NCBI GenBank assembly: GCA_013239625.1 | Contig: MU053881.1 | Coordinates: forward strand, 5,727,957-5,791,956 | Direction: 5' to 3' | Length of the DNA stretch: 64,000 nucleotides | From: Lama guanicoe | Lineage: Eukaryota | Part shown: positions 25,141 through 39,575 of the stretch, in pieces | Position numbering within the stretch: the first letter of the stretch is position 1 | Layout of the letters: every line of letters starts with the position of its first letter | Translations under genes and position numbers: made by a program | The notes under the pieces: generated by a model | What the model was told of the DNA's origin: nothing | The model's database searches: none | What the model saw: only the letters and a program-made list of their open reading frames with translations

Positions 25141-26291
25141 GCTACTCTGCTGCTTCTGTTTATCTTGAAAAAGAGAACAAATTTTAACCTTGGATGGTGC
25201 CCTTTAAAAAACTTTGTCATAGGACTTTTTCATTTGATTCTTACAGAGAAACATGAGAAAGGAAAGTTGTTCCTGGTGATGACCATTTTATAGTGTAAAA
25301 AGCTAGAGGGCGGGGATGTTTCAGTATTGTTTCATGTCGTAGAACCACAGCATGATGAACCTCGGCTTGAAATTGGAATTACCTGACTGTGTGTTTAGTG
25401 TTCCCACCCCTGCACAGAATAGGCCTCGGGACGAGCTTTATTTCTGATAGCTGCAGGGGATGCGCCCAAAACCACAGGGTGGGAGTTTACAGGGGGCAAC
25501 AGTGTTGACTGCGGTCATGGTCTTACCCTTGTGTGTATTGGCAAAGGCTGAATCTTGAGAGGATACTGCATCTTGTAGGATAAACCTCTTAAAGTTCTAG
25601 AACTTTCAGGCATGTGGTTCATGGTTTTGAGGATATTACCTCCACAAGAAGGAGACGGAGCAATGATTGACAAAAATACATCTAAGTACACCTGACCTAA
25701 TTAACTCTTGGATTGTTGTTCAGCTTTTCATAAGCCTTTTCAGATGCGTGTGCTTCGTGAAACTTTTTGTCTCCTTAGCCCCAAGGGATAGCCATAGGTC
25801 ATGTATTAATAGGATGATTTGTTATGAGACACAGTAGACCAGAGGGGAAAGAACATAAGCTTTGGAGCAAGAGATTGGAGTTGCAGTCTTGGCTTCACTA
25901 CGCTATAGGGGTGAAACTTTGAGTGCTTTCACCTCTCTCTGCCGTATCTGTAGAATTTGGGGTGTCATTGCCCCACAGAGTTATGTAAAAGAAAATGGCA
26001 GTAAATCTTTTATTATAGTATATGACAAATAGAGAACTGTCGAGGGTTGGCTTTTACACACAGGAACTGTTGCCATCACTTGCTTTATCTTAAAAAACCA
26101 GAACCAAAAAGAAGTGTTTATGCTTATGTACTCATGCGCTTGTTTGTATATTGTATATCTGCAGACTTTTGATATTACTCAGGTATATTTCCTGGTTCAG
26201 GATTTCTTTATTCCTCTTACCTTTAAGGAAATGGTAACTGGTACATTTCCATCTCCTTTCCCATTTCTTCACTGCCTTTTCTATTTTGTAG

Positions 26292-26478
26292 AGCAAGGCT
26301 TAGATCACATAGCAGAAAACATTCTTTCTTACCTGGATGCCAGGTCTCTGTGTGCAGCAGAGCTGGTATGTAAAGAATGGCAGCGAGTGATCTCCGAAGG
26401 AATGCTTTGGAAGAAGCTGATTGAACGAATGGTGCGCACTGATCCTCTATGGAAGGGACTTTCAGAAAGGAGAGGGTG
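26292..26478 (+). CDS. FBXW11: FBXW11 coding exon (187 nt): [30 protein letters not shown]...SERRGW; F-box
   Basis: Acceptor ttttgtag|AG and donor GGGTG|gtaagt; phase 1 to 2. Confidence 0.97.
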
Positions 26479-27358
26479 GTAAGTATTTGGGTTGAAAAGG
26501 GTTCTTTGACATGGGGTCAGTTTGATGACTAAAAAGGGCAGTTATACTTGCCAGATGTATTGACCTATTTTAAACAAGTGGGAGAAGATGAGTGGTCAAG
26601 TTGAGGGGGAAAAAAAGTTAAAGCTGTTAGAATAACCCTTTCTTAAATGCATATTTTACCTTTATTAATTGTTAGGCAGTATTGTGTAGTTTGAATGAAT
26701 GATTCGGCTTTTCAAAGACGTGTGTTTATGCTTTTCCTTTCACATTTTCCTTAGGTGATGATACTATTACCAAAAGATAGATTTTTTTTTTTAAAGAAAG
26801 AAAATAGGAGAAAGTCAAATTAAGTCCATTTTGCTAACAGGTATTTTTCCTGGTTGAAGATGGGCGGTATAGCGGGCAGGATTTTTCAGAGACAACCTAT
26901 CATCTTAAATACAGCTTTAGAGCTCTGCACGTGCCAGCCACCTGGCCCAGCTAGCAAGAGAGAGAGAGAGCCCCAACTGTGGCAGATGAGTGGTGGGTGC
27001 TGTGAGTGATGGCTAGGGCTGTATTTTCTTTATGGGAAGAAGTTTGATATGTTCTAAGTTAGATTTTTCGCAAAACTGAATTAGCACTTTTCGTTAAACA
27101 ACAGAATGAAAGGCTAGACTATTATGTTGGGTATTCAGAACATAAGAGGTTAGGACCATGTGAGAGAACTGTAAGCTAAAGTAAACTTGTGTCTAACATG
27201 TACATTTAATTGTCAGAAATCCTGCTTTTGAACTATTAAAGCTCAATGCAAGTCAAAAACCTTGAAAGATTCATCTCTGTAAGCACCATGTTTACATAAA
27301 CATAAAACTCACCCTTTTATGTGCAAAAATGTAACATCTGTTTGTTTTTATTTGCCAG

Positions 27359-27449
27359 GGATCAGTACCTATTTAAAAACAGACCCACAGATGGCCCTCC
27401 CAATTCATTTTATAGGTCATTATACCCAAAGATTATCCAGGATATAGAG
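27359..27449 (+). CDS. FBXW11: FBXW11 coding exon (91 nt): [30 protein letters not shown]; linker
   Basis: Acceptor tttgccag|G and donor GAG|gtaact; phase 2 to 0. Not in the ORF track; translated by hand. Confidence 0.96.
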
Positions 27450-30400
27450 GTAACTTTATGATTTATCTGTTTTATGGGCTCTTTGTGTCTTGTTCTCAAC
27501 TTTTTTATGTTGCCTTAGAGTATTCTGTTGATCTTAAATCATAGAATAGTAATTTTTTTTAAACCTGAACACTTGAAGCGAATGTGTCACAATGTGCAAT
27601 CTGTAGCTATTCTTCACGGTAGATAATGCCTTTTTCTAAAAAATGATCTAACTTTTCTGAAACACAAAATGCTTCTGCAGGGCTGCCAGTTAATTAGAAC
27701 CTTAATCCAAAATCAACTCTTTATTCTAATTTGATAGAATTTCCAAAATCCAAGACTCTGTTCTTCAAGTAAGCAGAGTTTTACGTTTTTTGAGCCATCT
27801 CTGGAGAACTGGAGGCGGCGCAGCCTCGATTTCCTCTGAAAACTTCCCATAATTTTTCTTCAAAATGACTCAAATACGATTTTGAGCAACGGTTAAGTGG
27901 CTTTTATAGAGCAAATTATGCTCCTGGACCATTTTGGATTTGAGTGCGACTTCTCCAGACCAGTAAAACTCTGTGAACTTGATGAGAAACATTGGAGATG
28001 TTTGATATTGTTCATGTGTTCTAATTAGTTCAGTTTTATTATTTAGCCCTTTTCCTTGAACCAGGAAAGACATGCACAGGCATTTCTCATTAACTCTTTC
28101 ACATGTGTTCTTGGCAGGTCTTGGTTACTGCACTATTTCCTCCTTGGCAGAAAAGTTCAGCCTTTGCTAGGCAATGCTGTATCACCCATAAAGTTATACC
28201 CAGTTTCCCAAACGTGAAGTAATCCTTGCCCCCAGGTGATAGACATAAAAGTTATTGTGCCAAAATTCATTAATGGTGAAACACATGCTTTTTTTTTTTT
28301 TGGAGGCCCCTCCCCCCACCCTCTTTTTAAGGCAGATGTGAACTAATGGAATCATTTGGTTAATGGTAAATGTGAATGTGACTTGTCTTGAGTATTCTGT
28401 TCCCTAAAATGAGCTATAAAGTAACCTTTTAGGGAAGGTTAAATAATTTAAAAAACTTCAGCCAGACATCATAAAGTTTAGGAATTAATTGATCCATTGG
28501 CAGTTCAAAACCTAGAATAAATTGCTCCTGTAGTGTTACTAGCTGAGCCATAGTGTTAACTTGAATCTTTGGGTGGGTGGGTGTGCTTCAGGCAAGAGGG
28601 GATTGCCTTACCACTGTGTAGTTGCACTGAGGTGCTGCCTGTGCCTGCATCTTAGAAACTATATTACCTTTTACTTTTTTCTCCCCAACTATTCCTTATA
28701 AAGTATCTCTGAATTTCCTTGAATAATTTTAGCAAGCCCTTTATTGTAAGAATGATGATATCTAAAGTCAATTATTATTAATACATAGGAGCTCTAGAAA
28801 TAAATAGATCAGGTTGAAGATTTGGTGGCATAGATAATTTTATTTAATCCCCCTGAGTACTATTGTAACCGACAGTATGAACTCAGTTTTCTGTGGCGTG
28901 ACAGTATGTGACACCACCTACCATAACCATTTCCTCAGGCTGGAAAAATATTTTAAAGTTAGTAGAGGAGGCAGATGTAAGGGAAAATAGAGCTATGGGG
29001 GAAAACCCTGTTTGACACAAAACCTCTGCATCATGGTGGTCTACCCAGTGGTTCTTAAAGTGTGGTTTAGGAAAACCCACTGGTTGGCCACAAGAGTCTC
29101 CTCCAGATTCTTGTGGGCTAGTTCTCTTAGTGTAGGGGCTGATGTTTTATACTTTGGTACATACACTAATAGTAATAATAATAAAAAATAATGTACCACG
29201 TATAGAGGGTTTTCTTGTGCTAGACACTTTGTTAACTTCATTTATGCCTCTGGACAGTACTTGAAAGGTAGGCCCTGCCCTGACTTAAAGTTGAGGAGCC
29301 TGAGGCCCAACAAGGTTAAATAACGTGCTCAGGATCACACAGCTGGTGAGACACTGAGTCTGTGATCAACTATATCCTTCTGTACTTGGTACAACTTTTT
29401 TTGCGCTATAGATCATTGGTACTTCATCAAAATAGAGTTCTTTGCCTCTGTTTTGGGAGTGTGTTTTATACTGCCCTGAGTGGACACACAAGTTGTATCA
29501 GTGATCCACGGATCAAACAAATAACAGACTCATGAGCTTGGCTTTTACCCATATAGCTGGTCTGAAACCGTCACAAGCAGAATGTAATATTTACAAGCAC
29601 TCTCTTTTAAGCCCTTGCATTATACTCATGAACTATGTTGTGTGGCTTTTGTAGATGATTGCCTTGAATTCTGACAACAAGGGACATGTCTGTAAGAAGG
29701 GGAAACTGAGGCTAAGAAGTTTTAGAACTTTCTACATAGTTAAGTAGAAGAGAGGGATTTTAACTGAGGTCTGTTTAGCTCTAGGCTTAGAGTTGTTGTT
29801 TGTCATTTTCAAAGTAGAAAATTCAAGAAGTGAAGGAGAAAGAGGTATGTTGTTATATGCCTGCAGACTTTTCAAGGTGATCTTCTCATCTTTCTCCAAT
29901 TGCGTGAGTACTCAGTGTCCTTGACTCTTAGTTGAAAAAGGGGTTGGAGTTAAGATAAGATTAGTTGGCTGTGTTTTATTTAGTACAGTTATGGGAAAGG
30001 TAATAGTGCTTTAAAGGGTTTTAAGCCTGTTGCCAAAAGATACATTGCACTCTGAGCATGAAGTGGATGTTTTTGTCCCCCTCTGTAGTTGCCTGCACAC
30101 GGCTTTGGAGTGTCTGTGTTTTTTCTCCATATACTTTGCAGGGTTGCCAGTTCGCAGCACTTTTTGCTTTCTCACCTTCTTGCTCTGCCTTGACAGCTCT
30201 GGTTCATGTGCTGCCCCTGTCATCCATCCATTTCCATATTTGGCTCTGGCTAGCAGATGACCTTGGCCCTCTGCACTGACCCAACAGAAATTGGCTAACT
30301 TTTAAGAAAAAAAGTAGGGAACCTGACTTAGTGTGGCCAACCCCTATTATTCAGGAAATGAGAATGTGAGAAATGAAGTCTGGAGAGAATAAATAAGAGT

Positions 30401-33400
30401 TCTTAGCTTTCTGCAAAGGTTCATCTCTCATGGGTATTCTTGCCACACACAGAGAGAGAAGGAGAGAGAGAAAGGGTTTAGAGTGCCTCTGAATTGAGAA
30501 GGAATTCCTGGAAAACCTGAGGCACATTCCTAAAAGCAGCAGCCATATTTCCTTTGCTATCTAGAGTCTCAATTGTTACCATCATTATCATTAATGGGGA
30601 GCTCACTGTTAGGTATTTTGCGATAGTGATTTAATTTAATCCTCAGATTGTCAAACCTGAGACTCTAGTCCAAAGCCCATTTCAGCCTACCGTGCCTCCA
30701 AGTGTCCCTCAACAGAGATAGGTATTGTTAATTAGACAGCGTTCTGATGTCCTGAACTTGGATTTTTCTCTTTTGCATCTCAGAGTGGTGGCAAACTCTT
30801 TCATGTAATATGCCTTTTTCTTCTTTTTATTCACTGGATTAAAACTTTTGAAGCACTCTTCTTGGAACAGAACACTGGTAGAATGATGGTGTGTTGTATC
30901 GCACCTTTTAATAAACCACATTTTATTCAGGGAAAGTGGGGAGCTTTTTTGTGGTTTGCAAACTTGATATTAACATTGTCCTAACCAGAAAATGCTAAAA
31001 CTTGCCCACCCACCCAGTTGTGTTTAGGCTTCTAAAAATAATGTTATTCTCCATACTCAGACATCTGTTTTCACTCTATTGCCAATTTAAATGCTGCTGT
31101 ATACTCTGTGTATCATGGCTACTTTCCCAGTATTTTGAAAATTTGCACAGGGTAAGGGGATTTTACAAGTTCTCAAAAACATGAAATATTCCTCTACAGT
31201 AGCCACACCACATGATGTGTAACTGAAATGGCAGGTATCTGCATAATTAAAGAGGTGCACCTGTGTGTGCCCTTTATTCTTGCTGCTGAAGTGAAGCTAA
31301 CCGTTGAATTGCATGTGAAGGCTGAGCCCCTTCCTGGGAATGAATGGGGAGGGCCCAGGGCCATCAGCACTGAAGATCAGCCTAGGCTGAGACGGCAGTT
31401 CCTGGCAATTTGGTGAGGTTCTTTTGGTCACAGCCTGCTCCTCCTGGTCAGTGCTGTCCACAGACAAGGACGAGCATCACTGCTGCCATTTGCAGGTGCT
31501 GTGGTGGGCACTTGTCATATGTCATCTCTGATCCGTCCAGCAGATCTGAGGAAGTATGTATTATTTTTTCCATTTCTACAGAGGAGGAAACTGCAGCTCA
31601 GACAGTTCAAGTCATTTGCCAAAGCTGCTAATTGGCCTAGGTATTTTCTACCGCAATGGGCTGCCTTCCACTTTTAAAGGTCTAGTTTTTCTGAAAAAGA
31701 CCTGGCTTATATAAGCATTCTAATAAGGGTTGAGATCGTCAAGTATGGTGGTAGGTAGTACTTTGGGCAGGCGTAGTCAGCAGGAAGTGTTGCTTGCTTT
31801 TGTGGGTGGCCTTGAGAATTGAGAAGAGTGAGGTCTCAGGAATTATACAGGGTCGGTGTGCAACAAAGCAGTCGGCTCCCTTATCTGGTGTAGTGTTGCT
31901 TTCCTGGCATTTTGAAACAAGCTACACTTGTTTTGGGATTCATGAACCTAATAAGTTTTAAAACAGCCCTAGATGGAAACTTCATAAAATGACCCATTAA
32001 AAATTATTTGGCAAGCTTTTTCTTTCAAAATTCAGAAGTGTATTTTCAAATATTGGGCTCTTTCCGAGTGTTGAGAAGCTAAGCCATTTCCTAGCTTCCA
32101 TTTGGCTTAGAAAGAAAGCCTGTTATCTAGCCGAGCTTTCAAGAGGTCCTGGCCTCTGGCTCTTGTTTGAGGGTTGGAGATAGAGGGGATGGCCCAGCCT
32201 TTCATGTTGGGTGGTGTGCTCTGTCCAGGCATCTCAGGGGCTGGGTGTGTCCCAGGCTGACGGTATTGCCTTCCCCAGCTCCTCTCTGCTGTGTCCTCAG
32301 GGCGTTAGGTACAGTAGAAGAACATAACCAAGTCACCTGGCTTTAGGAAACATTTTAGAATAGTGGGAGGGCATGTCGGAAATTCATTTTGCTATGGGGA
32401 TTCCTCCACCCACTCTCTTTAAGTTAAAAAAATTTTTTTTTCAAACTCCCATGTGATAGTAAATGTGCTTTTTCTATTCATTGCAATATACAGAGGAGCA
32501 GAGCTACTTACTGATTCAATATTTTAAAGCAATTGTGTGTATTTTAAAACTAAGAGCAGGTAGATGACTTTTTAAATAACACCTGATACATAGATAAGAC
32601 ATATTATGGATTCATCTTTGTGATGTTTTGGATTTATGTGGAATGACATTCAGCAGCAACTCTCTGGGCCCCTGCAGGGTGTGGCCTGAATGTTGGTAAC
32701 CACGGCCAGGAGTCACTGGCCATGAAGAAGGCTTGTTACCAGTAGGTCTGCCTCCTAAGTCAGCGTTTCTCCTGGTACGCTTATTAGCATGCTAAGGTGG
32801 CACAGTCACTACCTAAAAATAAATTCTTTCTCTAAATGAGCCCAAGCATTCTTTGTATTCTGGGTCCTTTTTTAAAAAATTGCTTATATAGAAAGATCTG
32901 CTGTCTACCTTGATAGTGGTAGCAGCAGTGGGGTGAATTTTTTTTTTTAATTTGTTTGTTTTGAAATGTGGTTTTGTGTCTGACGTTTTACAAACTCACT
33001 AGAGATGCTGCTGCTGGCTGAGAAGCTCTGACTCGGTGGCAGAAGGACAGATGAGCAACTCCTCACTCCTGGCATCTCCACGGTGCCGCTCTGCACCCCC
33101 TGGGTGCGAGAAGTATGTGATCCTGCCTTCTCAAGGCTATATATGGGAGCTCTTTGAGGACAGGAATTACATTTCCAGGCTCCTGTGCTAAGTACTGAGG
33201 CCACAGATGAGGAAAGATTTTCCTCTTTAAGCATGTATGTATCAGTGTCTCCAGTCCTCCATTTCTTTCTCTGTAAAATGAGGACAATAATTTTGGCTTC
33301 AGAGTTGTGGTGATTAAATTAACTATAAAATATATAAAGCACATAGCGTAGTGTTGTGGAAGCATAGTACCAGGCACGTAACATTCAGTAAATTTTAACA

Positions 33401-33924
33401 TTTTAGAGCACACAGAAGCACATTGCCTTGGATGTATGGTTTGTTAGACGTCAGCAAACCCAGTAATTAAGTGCTTATCGTGAATAAAGGTGAGATTTAC
33501 CTCCTTTCTTCAGCAAAACAACTAATTAAACTTTTAGCTACTCAGATAGGTCTTTTGAAGTAGATTCTGAACTCAGGTGTAGCCAATTACTGTGGTCCCT
33601 GTCGTCCCCTGGTTTCAAGGATCAGGAAGTGACACTTTGTTCTTAGTGGAAACATTATATCTTTTGATCCTGAAAATCCGTAACATCCACTACCAGAGGT
33701 TAGGTCTTGTGCTCTGGGCATGACCCACTTCCTCATTAAACTTTGCCCACTGGTCTCAGGCCATAGCGCTGTTTAAGATCCCTGAAGTTCTGCAGCATTT
33801 ACAGTTTTTAATCACTCATTTGTTAATGATGTTCTATCTGGAGTTGTTACTGATCTTTTTGTGTTCTGTGTTGACTGCCTTGATAGCAATGACTACATTT
33901 TCTTTATAGACACTGTGTATTTTA

Positions 33925-34080
33925 GTAGAAAAAACATAGACTCAGAGTCAGGAAGAACTGGGTGTGATTTCCAACTCAACCAGTTACTAGGTCTATGGCT
34001 CTAGGCAGGTTGCACTGTTTCCTTGTTTGTAAAACAGAGATGATAAAAACCTTCTTCCAGGGTTAATGCATGGATCACTT
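33925..34080 (+). mobile_element. MIR SINE
   Basis: agagtcaggaagaactgggtgtgatttcc...ttactagg...gtttccttgtttgtaaaacagagatgataa. Confidence 0.7.
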
Positions 34081-34804
34081 CACCAAATAAACATATGTTT
34101 AGAGTATATCCACTTCCAGTTGCTGTGTGCCTAGGTACTGCAGGGTGCATCCTGTGAAAGTAGTATGCTTCCTCTTGATCTAAACCCCCGTGCCCAGCAC
34201 AGCTGGTACCTGCCATCTCAGTAGGTGTTGCACGGATGATGTAAGAATGAGAATCCAGGGCCGAAATGTGCCATTCTTATTCTAAAGGAGCTTCAGGCTG
34301 GTGGAAGATGAAAAATGGGCAACAAAATTCTTTCTACAGTAATTGGCATATAGTAGTTGTCAATCTCTTTTGTCAATGATCAAGACAATGCTTTGGATGG
34401 ATACACAGATTGTCAGTATATGCCTGATGTTAGTGGTGGTCTTCTGCCAAATATTTTAATTGGCAATAGAGAGGGACCCAATGAGTTACTATTTATTTGT
34501 ATGTTTTGGGTGCAAATGGCATTCTTTAAGCATATTGAATTCTGTCTAGGCCATTTTTTTCAAACCCAGCCCAAACCCATTGGAAATCCTATGTCGGTTG
34601 CCAGACGGGCAGGGAACATTTGAGGAAAAACATTGTTGGGCTAATGTCTTACTTGGAAGAGAGTGTGATTCCTATCCACAGACAGTTATGCAAACCAAGA
34701 TGGAGTATCAGTGGTATGCTGTTTCTGGAAGCAGTGCCAAAGTCTGAGCCCTGATAGAATAGTTGATTCACAGAAACTCATCTGTTGCCTCCTTTTCCCC
34801 TTAG

Positions 34805-34942
34805 ACTATAGAATCTAACTGGCGGTGTGGACGACACAACTTGCAGAGGATTCAGTGCCGCTCTGAAAATAGTAAAGGTGTCTACTGTTTACAGTATGAT
34901 GATGAGAAAATTATCAGTGGCCTGCGGGATAATTCTATTAAG
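34805..34942 (+). CDS. FBXW11: FBXW11 coding exon (138 nt): [48 protein letters not shown]40 repeat 1
   Basis: Acceptor ttttccccttag|ACT and donor AAG|gtgaat; phase 0-0. Translated by hand. Confidence 0.96.
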
Positions 34943-35489
34943 GTGAATGACTGCATCTTCTATGTATTATTTTTAGAATTGTGATTACGTGTTAGATACT
35001 AGATGTAACAATCTCTCCATTTCCTCCAGATTGGTTTTTATCTGTTCCTCTCAACCTTGGCAGCTCTCTGTGTGGTTCTAAAGGCCCGGAGCCAGAGCAT
35101 CTCCCCGTCCTAACACCAGACCTCTGGGTTGCCTCACTTCGTATCCTTCTCTAAGCACACTCAGATTCTGTGTTCTGGGTTCAGGTGCAAAGAGAAACCA
35201 CCTCAGTATCCCGGGGCCCTTGATCGCTCTGCTGGCTGATGACGCTTGCCAGCCTGTAGATCACACCCATTACCTTTTATGGTTTCTGTGAAAAGCTCAG
35301 GTGATAACACAGAAGAATGACAGAGCAACTTACGTTGTTTTTATTCGCTTTTCAGGAGTAGATAAACTGGGTCATTTCTCTTGGTTTAATGTTTGATAGC
35401 TCTAACAGATTTTGTTTCACATTGTTTGTAGCTTAAATTCTCTCATATTTAAGAAAACATTGTGGGTTTTTGTTTGTTTGTTTGTTTAC

Positions 35490-37950
35490 CTTTAGCTTTA
35501 ATTTACATCCAGGTCAATTCACTCCTGGTTTAAAATTCTGTGAGTTCTGACAAGCACAGAGAATTATATAACTGTAACAGTAATCAAGATCCAGAACAGT
35601 TCCATCATCCCCCAAATTCTTTTGTCCTGCTTCTTTGTGTCTACTGCCTATTTCCTGCCCCCAGGCCCTGGCAACCAGTGATCTTTTCTGTCCCTATAAT
35701 TTTGCCTTTTCAAGAATGTCCTATAGATGGACTCACACAGCATGTAGGCTTTTGAGTCTGGCTTTGTGTGCTTAGCATTGTGCCTTTGGGATTCTTTTAC
35801 ATTGTTGCATTTAGCAGTGGTTGATTCTTTTTTGTTACTGAGTCGTATTCCATTTTATGGTTATAGCACAGTGTGCTTATCCAGTTACCTTTCGAAGGAC
35901 GTTTGTGTTTCCAGTTTTTCACAGTTATGAATAAAGCCGCTGTAAACCTATGCATGCAAATTTTTGTGAGAACGTAGGTTTTCATTTCACTTGGGTAAAA
36001 ACCTAGGAGTGAGATTGCTGACTCATATGGTAAGTATGTGTTTTACGTGTTAAGAAATTGCCAAGCTGTTTTTTTAAAAGTGGCTCCTTATGAGCCACTT
36101 GTATGAGAGTTCCTTTTGTTCTGCTCCTAATCAGCCCTTGGTAGTCTCAGCCCTTGGTTTTTTGTTGTTGTTTTTGTTTTTTTGGATATTAGCCATTTGA
36201 ATAAATATCTAGCATACCTCATTTTGATTTAAAGTTACATTTCTCCAGTGACAACGAACATTTTTTCACATGTATTTGCCGTCTGTGTATTTATTGGTGA
36301 TGCTTCTATTTAGATCTTTTCCCTAATTTTAAAAGGGGTCTTCATATTATTGGGTTTTGAGAGTTCTTTATATATTCTGGAAACAACACCTTTTTTATAT
36401 ATGTTTTGCCCATACTTTCTTCCAGCCCATGACTTGTCTTTTTGTTTCTCGATGATGTCTTTTGTCGAGCAGAAGATCTTAATTTTGATGAAGTTTGCTG
36501 TTGTTTTCTTTTATGGCTCATGCTTTTGATGTTATATCTAAGAAGTCTTTGACTGAGCCTTTTGAATCTGTAAATTTATGTCTTTCACTCACCAAACTTC
36601 AGAAGTTTGGGCCATTATTTTTTCAGGTTTTTTTTTTTCTGCACCAATTTCTTTCTCCTTTCCTTCTGAGACTCTTAATTACATAAATATTGATAATGTC
36701 TTACTTTTTTGTAATCTTTTTTCCTCTCTTTTTGGATAATCTCTATTGATCTGTCTTCAAGTGGACTGAATTTTTTATCTCTGTTCTGTATCTTCCCCCA
36801 TTGATTGAATTTTTAAATTTCAGATACTATATTTTATAGTTTCTATTTCTCTGCTGAGAACTTCTCTCCTTGCATCCACATGAGGTGTGTTTATCTTTAC
36901 CTAATGAAGTATAGTTACAATAATTGCTTTGAAGTTGACCATGACAACATTTGGGTAGTCTCCAGCTTGTCATATGTTGATTGTCCATTCCCCTGAGAAT
37001 TGATCACTTTTCTTGGCTTTTGTGTGTCAAATAACTTCGGATTATATCTTAGACATTGTGGATGTATATTATAAAGACTGTGGATCCTGTTATAATTCTC
37101 TGGAGAATATGTATGGGTGAGTATTTTTTAAGCAAGTGGTCAGCCTAGTTAGGCGGTTTGATTCTAATCTCTTTTCTGCTGTTCAAAGTCTTTGTCATGC
37201 TACTTTGGGTCTGTCTTGAGCTTGCACTGTTCAGAGGTTAGTCAGAGACTTCAGCAGGGGTTTAAATATCAGGTCACTTTTCTATAGCCTTTGCTGTGCT
37301 AGTTCAGTCTGCCCTGTCCGTGCACTGCTTAAGGGCAAGTCCAAGTCATCTGTTGTCTGGGTTCTCATATAGAATTAGGGGAGCCTCCCCCCCACCCCCA
37401 ACTCTTTCCTCTTTTGGATTTTTCTAAGTCTCTACAGCCCACAAGGATCCTTTCTTCCTTTTCCTCTGGCCAGAAAAGTGAGGTTTCTCTTGGAATTTTA
37501 GTTACCTGTGCCACTGCTCAGCAGTGCATCTCCATGACTGGGCTTGTCCTTGGATCAAAGCCATGTGAGAAAAGAGAAAAAAAATAAGGTGGTTCACACA
37601 TTCTTTGGCCCCCAAGGATCCCTTTTCCAGCCTTTCTGTCCCAAAAGAGTGGTTGCTCAGATTTTAGCTCCCTGTGCTATTTCACAATGCATCTCCCTGG
37701 TTTGGACCAACCTTTGGGTCAAAACCACAAAAAAGGAAACGAGAAAACAACAGACAGAAAGAATGGTAAACTCACCCCATGTGGATCGCGTCTCCAAATC
37801 TTTACCCCTTGCCATGATATATTTGCTTTCTCCCTGCTGCCCCGCTCCTCCCAGTTTTCAGAGTCCTCAACTAGTTGTTTTTGTATGTTTTTCTGTAGAG
37901 TTTTTAGTTACAGTCAACTGGGAGGGTAGGTTGTAGTGAGCTTTCTCCAC
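35490..37950 (-). mobile_element. Old L1, antisense: 3'UTR/ORF2 end (about 35490-36560) abutting ORF1/5'-region-like sequence (about 36560-37950)
   Basis: ORF 35797..35985(-) MKTYVLTKICMHRFTAALFITVKNWK...MEYDS is the L1 C-terminus. The downstream part resembles antisense L1 ORF1/5' sequence and is less certain. Confidence 0.8.
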
Positions 37951-38139
37951 CTTGGCCCTGTTTTTCGTAGTATTTGATTTTAGGTGAGTTAAAGAGTATT
38001 TTGCTTGTTTGTTTTTTGTTTTGTTTTAAAAAATAAATATGAAATAGTAGCATTTCAGTAATTCCAATAACTAGGGCAAAAAACTACTCTGGATTACAGA
38101 ATATAATGTAAAGAAACTAGTTTGTTGATTTTCTGTATG

Positions 38140-38420
38140 TATGATGGTGTTTCCCAAAAGGTATTCTATGGAGGTGAATCTAAAGGATATTGCTTTGAAG
38201 AATAACTCCCTTCAAAGAAATTTAGAAAACACTATATGCTGTGTCCCCTTCTTAGAAATCTACAGGGTATAGTAACATGTAAAGGCTCTGAGAAGGTCTG
38301 CAGTAGAGACACCCAGAGTTTTCCAACTTCTAAAATACCGACCATGGAACTCTCTTTTTGTGTAATACTTATTGACAGCCCTAACCTGTGGCCACAGATA
38401 AGCTCTGGAAAGAGTGACAC
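38140..38420. mobile_element. hAT-Charlie-type MER relic (subfamily not determined)
   Basis: gtgtttcccaaa terminus and aaaggctctgagaaggtctgcagtagaga internal motif. Confidence 0.55.
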
Positions 38421-39575
38421 GGGTTAGTATTTAATTTTGACATCTCTCCTTTAAGGAATAGATACGAATGGTTTATAAGGACCTTGTCAAAGCATAGGCT
38501 GGCCATGGGCTGCATTTCACTTATGCTGGATGTGTTTCCAAAGAATTCTCTTTAATGGAGGCACACCCTTTCCTAAATTAGGCCTGCACTTGGTTTATGA
38601 GGTGTAGGACAGAGGAGCAGAAATACCTTTAGAGGGCTCCTCTAGGCGAGTAGTTGGGAGCTTTTTGTGTTTGGTTCTGCACCGGTCCTTGATGAACTGA
38701 TCACGCTTCCAAAATAACTGTGGTTCTGCCGGGTCAGAAGTGAGAAGCAAGCCCTGCTTTTATAGGAAGGCACTTAACTGACTGCAGTGCTTGTAGTGTC
38801 TTGGCCATTTGTAGTAAACTTCAGGGACACTGCAAATTATGATAGTAGTATTTTACAAGGGAAGAAATAGGTTCACAGAACGTATTTTTTAACAATACAG
38901 TCTTTGAAAAAAATCAACTCCCGCCTCCTCATTATAGGCGGACAGTATTAAAAACTTGGAAAACACTGGGAAGATCAAAAGAAGGGAAAACAGCACTCAG
39001 TACAAAACCAACTGTCAACATTTTACTTCTTTTTAATCTGTTTTTAAATACTTAAAATAGTGCTTATGTCACTATATAGATAATTTTTCCTTTGATTCTT
39101 AAAAACCGCAGCTGCAATAAAGCATTACACTTTCTCATTAAAAATTCTTCCTAGTTTACTTTGAAATTTCTCTGAGATGCTGAACATTTTTTATTTAAAA
39201 ATTTTTGTAAACAAATGTAATGGGTTAAGGGGCTTGCATTTTTAAAGGCTCTTAATAAATACCATCACATTGTTTTCCAGAGGGTAAGCCAACTCTTTTC
39301 ATAGAGTTCATTTAAGAATTCTCTTCATAAGGCTGTTAAGTGTAATGGGTAGAGTAGTTATGGGGACAAAGTAAACAAAAAAGTACATTTCTTCTGGAAG
39401 TGATTCAGTGTTGCCTCTTCCCCTTTTGTTGTTTACCACCTGTTTGATGTTTATTGCTCTTGTTTACTGTAACAGGTTTGTTCCGTTTTATGATTCAGAA
39501 AATAAGATGACACACAAACATTTGTCAGAATGTGATATACTAAGTTACTGTTTATGGTTGATCTTGTCTCAATAG

